From: the human T2T-CHM13v2.0 reference genome, Homo sapiens
DNA: 64,000 nt
NCBI RefSeq assembly: GCF_009914755.1
Contig: NC_060940.1
Reading direction: 5' to 3' (one strand)
Shown here: positions 58,921 through 64,000 of the stretch, one piece after another
How positions within the stretch are numbered: the stretch's first letter is position 1
How the letters are laid out: each line of letters starts with the position of its first letter
Position numbers and translations under genes: made by a program
The notes under the pieces: model-generated
Databases searched by the model: none
What the model saw: the letters and a program-made list of their open reading frames with translations, nothing else
What the model was told of the DNA's origin: nothing

Positions 58921-59082
58921 AAGAAAAGAAATAAATAAAGAAAGGAGGGAGGGAAGGAAGGGAGGGAGGGAGGGAGGGAAAGAGAAAAAAGAGAGAAAAA
59001 AAGGAAAAGAAAGAAAGAAGACAAGAAAAGAAAAAAGAAAAGAAAAGGAGAGGGAGAGAGGGAGGGAGGGAGGGATGGAGGG
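58921..59082 (+). repeat. Polypurine (GGGA/GAAA)n tract
   Basis: About 160 nt of almost exclusively A and G. Confidence 0.95.
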
Positions 59083-61922
59083 ACATGCAACCTCAGCTCA
59101 ACTGAGGACCAAGGCTGTGGAACCACAGGTTGGGAGGTGGCTACTTTGCTGAAGTCAGAAGTGGTGACCGGGCAGTCCTCCAGCTGACTCCTGAGAGAGA
59201 GAGGTGGTGCCTTCCAGGCAGAGGACATGCCAGGGACAAAGCCCTGCTAGTATGGAAGCTGCCACCTCTGCAGGAGGGCTCTTAGTGTGGCTGGAGAGGA
59301 GGGCATGGCCATATGGAAACCAGGTTGGTCAAGTCCGGGGGTGAGGAGGAAGGGTGTGGATAGGGAGGGATCTTGGCGTGACATTCAGGAGAGGCTGCTT
59401 GGCCAGCAGGGTGATGGGCAGAACAGGAAAGGAAGTGGCTGCCATCGTCTAGGTGAAAACAGTCCTGGATTTGGCTGGAGGTTGAAGAATAAGCGACAGG
59501 TATTTGGGAAGTTCTCTTCTGGTTGCTGTATCTGACGAGCCAAGCTAACTGCATTTTTACTGTCCTGGAAAAACTTTATTTTGACCTGAGGAAGAGCTGG
59601 TAACATCCTGAGATTTGGAAACAGGTCCTGGGAGATGCTACTGCCTTCTTCCAGGAGGGGGTGCTGCCGGACAAGTCTAGAACCAGTGTGGGTTCAGTCA
59701 CCCATGGAGACCAGAACCCTGTGGGCTCCCTTGGCCACAGGCATCTGGGCACATCTGTCTTCCCCATCCCCAGTGTGGGACTGACCAGCTCTGATGCCCA
59801 GGATAACTCGATGGTAAAGACGTCTGAGGGAAGGGGCCATGCACCACTCTGGCCGTGAATCTAGGCTCTGGGGATTCCCTCAGAGGAACCGGGGTCCTCA
59901 TTAAAGCAGCTCTGCATTCAGCCCACTGCAGTACCCTCCCCCCAGCACATTCTGGGAACCCGAGTGCCATTCTGGGTTGGCCACATGGCCCTTTCTTATG
60001 TGGGAGCATCTAAGTCAGGCTTGTGCTTTCCTGGTCAATTCCCACATTTCAGAGTGACCTCGACATCCTAGCAACACATGGGAGGACTGAGCTGAGCTAA
60101 CTGTCCCAGGGACAAGGGGGCAGCCTCCCCTTTAACCTTCGGTGTCCTGCCTGGTGGTGGGTGCTATCTGCATTTCACCTCCTAGTTCAGGCCAGGCCGA
60201 GGCTCCTGCCACAGGGAGGGGCAATGCCGGGCCCTCAGGTCTGAAGATTCCCAAATGCTGGGAGGAAGCGTGGTTCAAGGTCAGGCTCTGTGGTTAGATG
60301 GTCCTGACCAGGCTCCTGGCTCCATCATGTACAATCTACAGGAGGCAAGTAGCTTTGCCCTCTGTGCCTCCATTTTATGATCTGAATGATGAGAATATTT
60401 ACCGTCAGAGAGTGGTTTGGAGGTTAAGGGAAATAATAACATACACGTTTGCCCTGAGGGTCAGCATGCAGTAGGCACACTCCAACCCTATCCCTTGTTA
60501 TTCCCTCTCACAAGGACATCTGAATCCAGGAAATTACAGGAAAACAAGCCTGGTGACGTCTAGAAGCGGTGCCAAGAGGAAGAGGAAGCCCTCCCTGGGC
60601 TTTTCTGGCAAGGAGCCCAGGGCAGGGAAGAGGGCGGAAGGTTAGAGAAGGGAACAGAACTTGGTCCAGGCTGAACGATCCTGGCAGGCTGGTCAAACAA
60701 GCAAAGGGGAACGCATGTCTTTTCTCAACACCGTGCCCCCCCGCCCCCACCCCCCGCCGCCTCTGGCAGAGCTGGGTAGAAGGCTGGCCCTGTGCAGAGC
60801 ACAGTCAAGAGCATGGTGGGTGATTGGCCCTCGGGTCCAGCCACAGCTGCTCCATGGGGCACGCCTGGAGCTCTTCCTCCTCCTCCTCACCCTGTGCCAC
60901 CTCCCTGAAACCACTCCTCCCCGCCACCTCAAGAGCACTCTGGCAGCCAACACCGTGACATTAAGAACAGAACCCCTCCTAACCTCCACCCCAGTGAGGC
61001 CCCAAACTCTCCCGCTATCTGCTGAGACGGCAGGCCCAGCAGCAGCCCATTAGGAAGTCCTGAGTCCTGTTCTCTGAGGAAATCTTTTCTTCTGAGGCTC
61101 CTGGGATTTGGCTATGAGGGAACAGGCAGGAGACGAGGGCTGGCAGGGGCAGCGGCCCGTGTGGCACAGTTGGCGGTGATGACCCACGCTGGCTCCGAGC
61201 TGCTGTGGAGCAATGAGTAGAGAAAAACCCCCTACCAGCCAGAAACAAGCCTTTCAGTATTAAAGAAACCCAACCTACCAAACAAAAACCACATGCCATG
61301 TCCTATTTTCTGAATTATTTATTAACATTTCTCAGATGTTCTAAAGCCCTCCCTTGCCTCCTCTCTGCCAAACCAGGGCCCTCTGTCCTACTTCAAAAGC
61401 CCAAGAGCTCACTTAATAAAGCAAGCCCCAGTCCCCACCTGGGAAGGGCCTGGTCACATGGGAGGGCAGGTGAGGGTCCCTGAGGGACAGCTTGTTGCCC
61501 TCACTGTTCCTGAGATGCCCCAGCCCAAGAACGAAACAAAACTTCTCATCATTTCTCCTCAGGCCTCAGCCGAGCTGGCCCCTCTTGTGCTTTCTCACCC
61601 TGTTAGGACTGCGGATCAGGCTGAAGGGCTCCCCAGGGTGAGCCTTTCCTGGTCCGACTCACTGGCATCACCATGAGGAGGCCTGGCGGCAGCTCTGCCC
61701 TGTGCACACCGTGGTAACCTGGCAACAGGAACATTTGCCACCCTGCAAGTCTGAGGAGCAGATGAGCCACTGGAGGGGGCGAAGTCCCAGAGCCACCTCT
61801 GGCTTCACCCAGACTCATTAAATGAAAGACACTGTCTCTGCTAGGGCCAAGTCCCTGTCATGTCTGGCTCCTGTTCCCCTCCCTGGTCCCTCTGCCCTGT
61901 GGCAAGGAGCCCAGGTGCAGGC

Positions 61923-62821
61923 TCATAGGTTGTTCCGCTGAAGTGCCTCACACAGGTTCTGGTTGGTGTCGGGCTCCTCCGTCAGCACCTCCACAGCCTC
62001 CCACTCCCCGGATCGGCTCGACCTCTTGATGGCATCCACCACGCTCTGCATGTACAGCCCATCCTCGAAGGAGGCGGCCATGGAGACAGGGGTGCGGTCC
62101 CAGGTGCGGCGGTCGCCCTGCCCCTGGAAGGACTGGCGCAAGGCCTGCACCATGTAGACCATGCCCTTCAGGTACAGCAGCGGGACATCCTGGGGCCCCT
62201 GCTCAGGCAGTCCTGCGCCCACTGCCAGCGAGTCCCTCAAGAGCAGCTCCTCTTGCGTGGCAGAGTTCTTCTGCCCATAGAGGTCGGCTCCCCGGGCGAC
62301 GAGGCGTCCTGCAGAGCCTACCACCATGACTTCATGCACAAAGGCGCCTGGCATGTTGAAGTTGAGTGTCACTGTGCTACACACACCCCCACCCATGAGC
62401 ATCTGGAAGAAACAGAAGTCATCGCTAGTGACGTGCCGGATGCCACGGATGGCAGCGTTCTGCCTCACGAATGTCTTGAGCAGCCCGTGCACCTTCTCGG
62501 CTCTCCGGCCGGTCAGGTGGGTCAGCAGGTCCACAATGTAGGTCCCCATGGTGTGCAAGCCCCCGCCGCCCATGAGCTCATCACAGATCCAGCCATAGCT
62601 GGGGCTCAGCAGGCTGCCTGAGTAGATGCGGGCATCACAGATCATCACCGCTCCCACATAGTGTTCCGAAATCAGCTGTTTCATGCGCACGAAGGCAGGC
62701 AGGAAGCGCAGCACGTTCCCTACCAGGCTCATGAGCTGCGGGTAGTAGCGCGAGGCTGTCACCATCCGGAAGGCATCCACCGATGTTGCTGCCTTCTCGC
62801 AAACCACATTCTTCCCAATAC
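61923..62821 (-). CDS. GFOD2: Glucose-fructose oxidoreductase domain-containing 2, last coding exon (Gfo/Idh/MocA family)
   Basis: Acceptor at 62822-62823 (-), then an 899-nt exon [12 protein letters not shown]...[15 protein letters not shown]...[24 protein letters not shown]...LQRNNL*. AATAAA (-) at 61318-61323. Confidence 0.96.
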
Positions 62822-62859
62822 CTAACAACAGGACACAACAGGAAATCTCAAAGTTTCAA

Positions 62860-63258
62860 GGGGGAATCTCCAGCATGTCCGCCTGCCCTGAGGATTTTGG
62901 ACTTCTCTGCCTTACAACTGCACGAACTAATTTTTTTTTCTTTTTTGTAGAGGTGGGGTCTTGCTATGCTGCCCAGGCTAGTCTCAATCTCCTGGCCTCA
63001 AGCGATCCTCCATCTTGGCCTCCTAAGTGGGACCACAGGTGTGTACCACCACGCCTGGCTAATTTAAAATTTTTTTTTTGTAGAGATGGGGTCCTCCTCT
63101 GTTGCCTAGGCAGGGCCCAAGTGATCCTCCTGCCTTGGCCTCCCAAAGTGCTGAGATTACAGGTGTGAGCCACCATGCCTGGCCCCAATTTCTTCAAATA
63201 AATCTCTGTCTTAAACACCCTATTGGTTCTGTTTCTCTGGAGAACCCTGAATAACACA
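62860..63258 (+). mobile_element. MLT2-like (ERVL) LTR 3' fragment interrupted by antisense Alu monomers (62930-63186)
   Basis: AATAAATCTCT...CCTATTGGTTCTGTTTCTCTGGAGAACCCTGA..ACA resembles the MLT2 3' end as I recall it. Confidence 0.6.
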
Positions 63259-64000
63259 GGTGGGCTAGAGAGGTGGGCACACTTCATGGACGTGTCTCTA
63301 TGTTGTCATGCATTTATTAGGTCATCAGCTTGGGGCAAGGAAATCTAACCTATTTTCTAGGGGATGGACTATTCATAACTTCTACTCTTAGTCATAACTC
63401 CAGAGAGGGCCCTAAGATTCCCTGCAGATTGTTCTCTGAAAACACTGGTCCAACAAGTTAGAGTGGCCCAAGGCTAGAACATGTTTGGCTCCGGCAGGAA
63501 GGGAAGGAAGTGAGAATACCCTTTTTGCCCTCACACCCATTCTGGGTACGCTGCAGCCAACACGCACCCAGAGGTAAACAAAGCTGGACAAAGCCCTGAG
63601 GAGAGTGCTAGAGGATAAGCAGCTGGGAACTGAAGGGATGAATGCTGCTCCATGTTTCAAGATGAAAGCTTGTGAGGATATGAGCAGCCATGAGACACTA
63701 ACACCTGCAGTGTTCCTGCGAGCTTTGTGTGGTTCAAGTCGAAGGAAATCCTGTGCTAATACTTTAAATAGAAAACTTAGAAAGCCCAAAAAGCAGTATG
63801 GACTAGACACATACAGAAGTTTACAAGTCATAGTAAGCCAGAAAGGGTAAAGACACCCTGGCAAAAACCCACGAAAAAGCTCTCCAATGTGCAATAGCTT
63901 CTCGGAATAAAAGCCAAAGTCCTTACAAAGGCCCCACCCATAAGGTCTTGATACATGATCTGTGCACTCCTCCAAAATTTTCTTTTTAAAAAAATATTGA

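Noticed and set aside
63412-63975. 187-aa minus-strand ORF in the GFOD2 intron
   Set aside because: No recognisable domain or splice support; partly L2-like sequence.

Overview
Human (primate) genomic DNA, recognisable as chr16q22.1. The left half (1-26 kb) is the Alu-saturated 3' part of CTCF: 8 coding exons (zinc fingers 3-11 and the C-terminus) plus the 3'UTR. After about 5.5 kb of Alu-rich spacer comes a compact, GC-rich, repeat-poor cluster with alternating orientation: CARMIL2/RLTPR (+, 39 exons, 1399 aa), ACD/TPP1 (-, 12 exons, 458 aa from Met87), PARD6A (+, 346 aa), ENKD1 (-, 346 aa) and C16orf86 (+, 317 aa). The last exon of GFOD2 (-) lies near the right end. I walked each gene exon by exon; all have GT-AG boundaries and intact frames. 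Most ORFs in the supplied track are Alu-derived or GC-rich noise. No new protein-coding system is evident. The best second-look items are: (1) a near-consensus REST/RE1 site in an intragenic CARMIL2 CpG island, upstream of an in-frame Met that precedes the CPI motif (candidate REST-gated internal promoter); (2) a single 9-bp TTTATTAAA that could serve as the poly(A) signal for both CARMIL2 and ACD; (3) a TSD-flanked 5'-half tRNA-Gly(TCC) retrocopy in a CTCF intron; (4) a perfect 190-bp Alu-Alu tandem duplication; (5) three frame-preserving, stop-free CARMIL2 introns; (6) RFX X-box-like palindromes in both bidirectional promoters.
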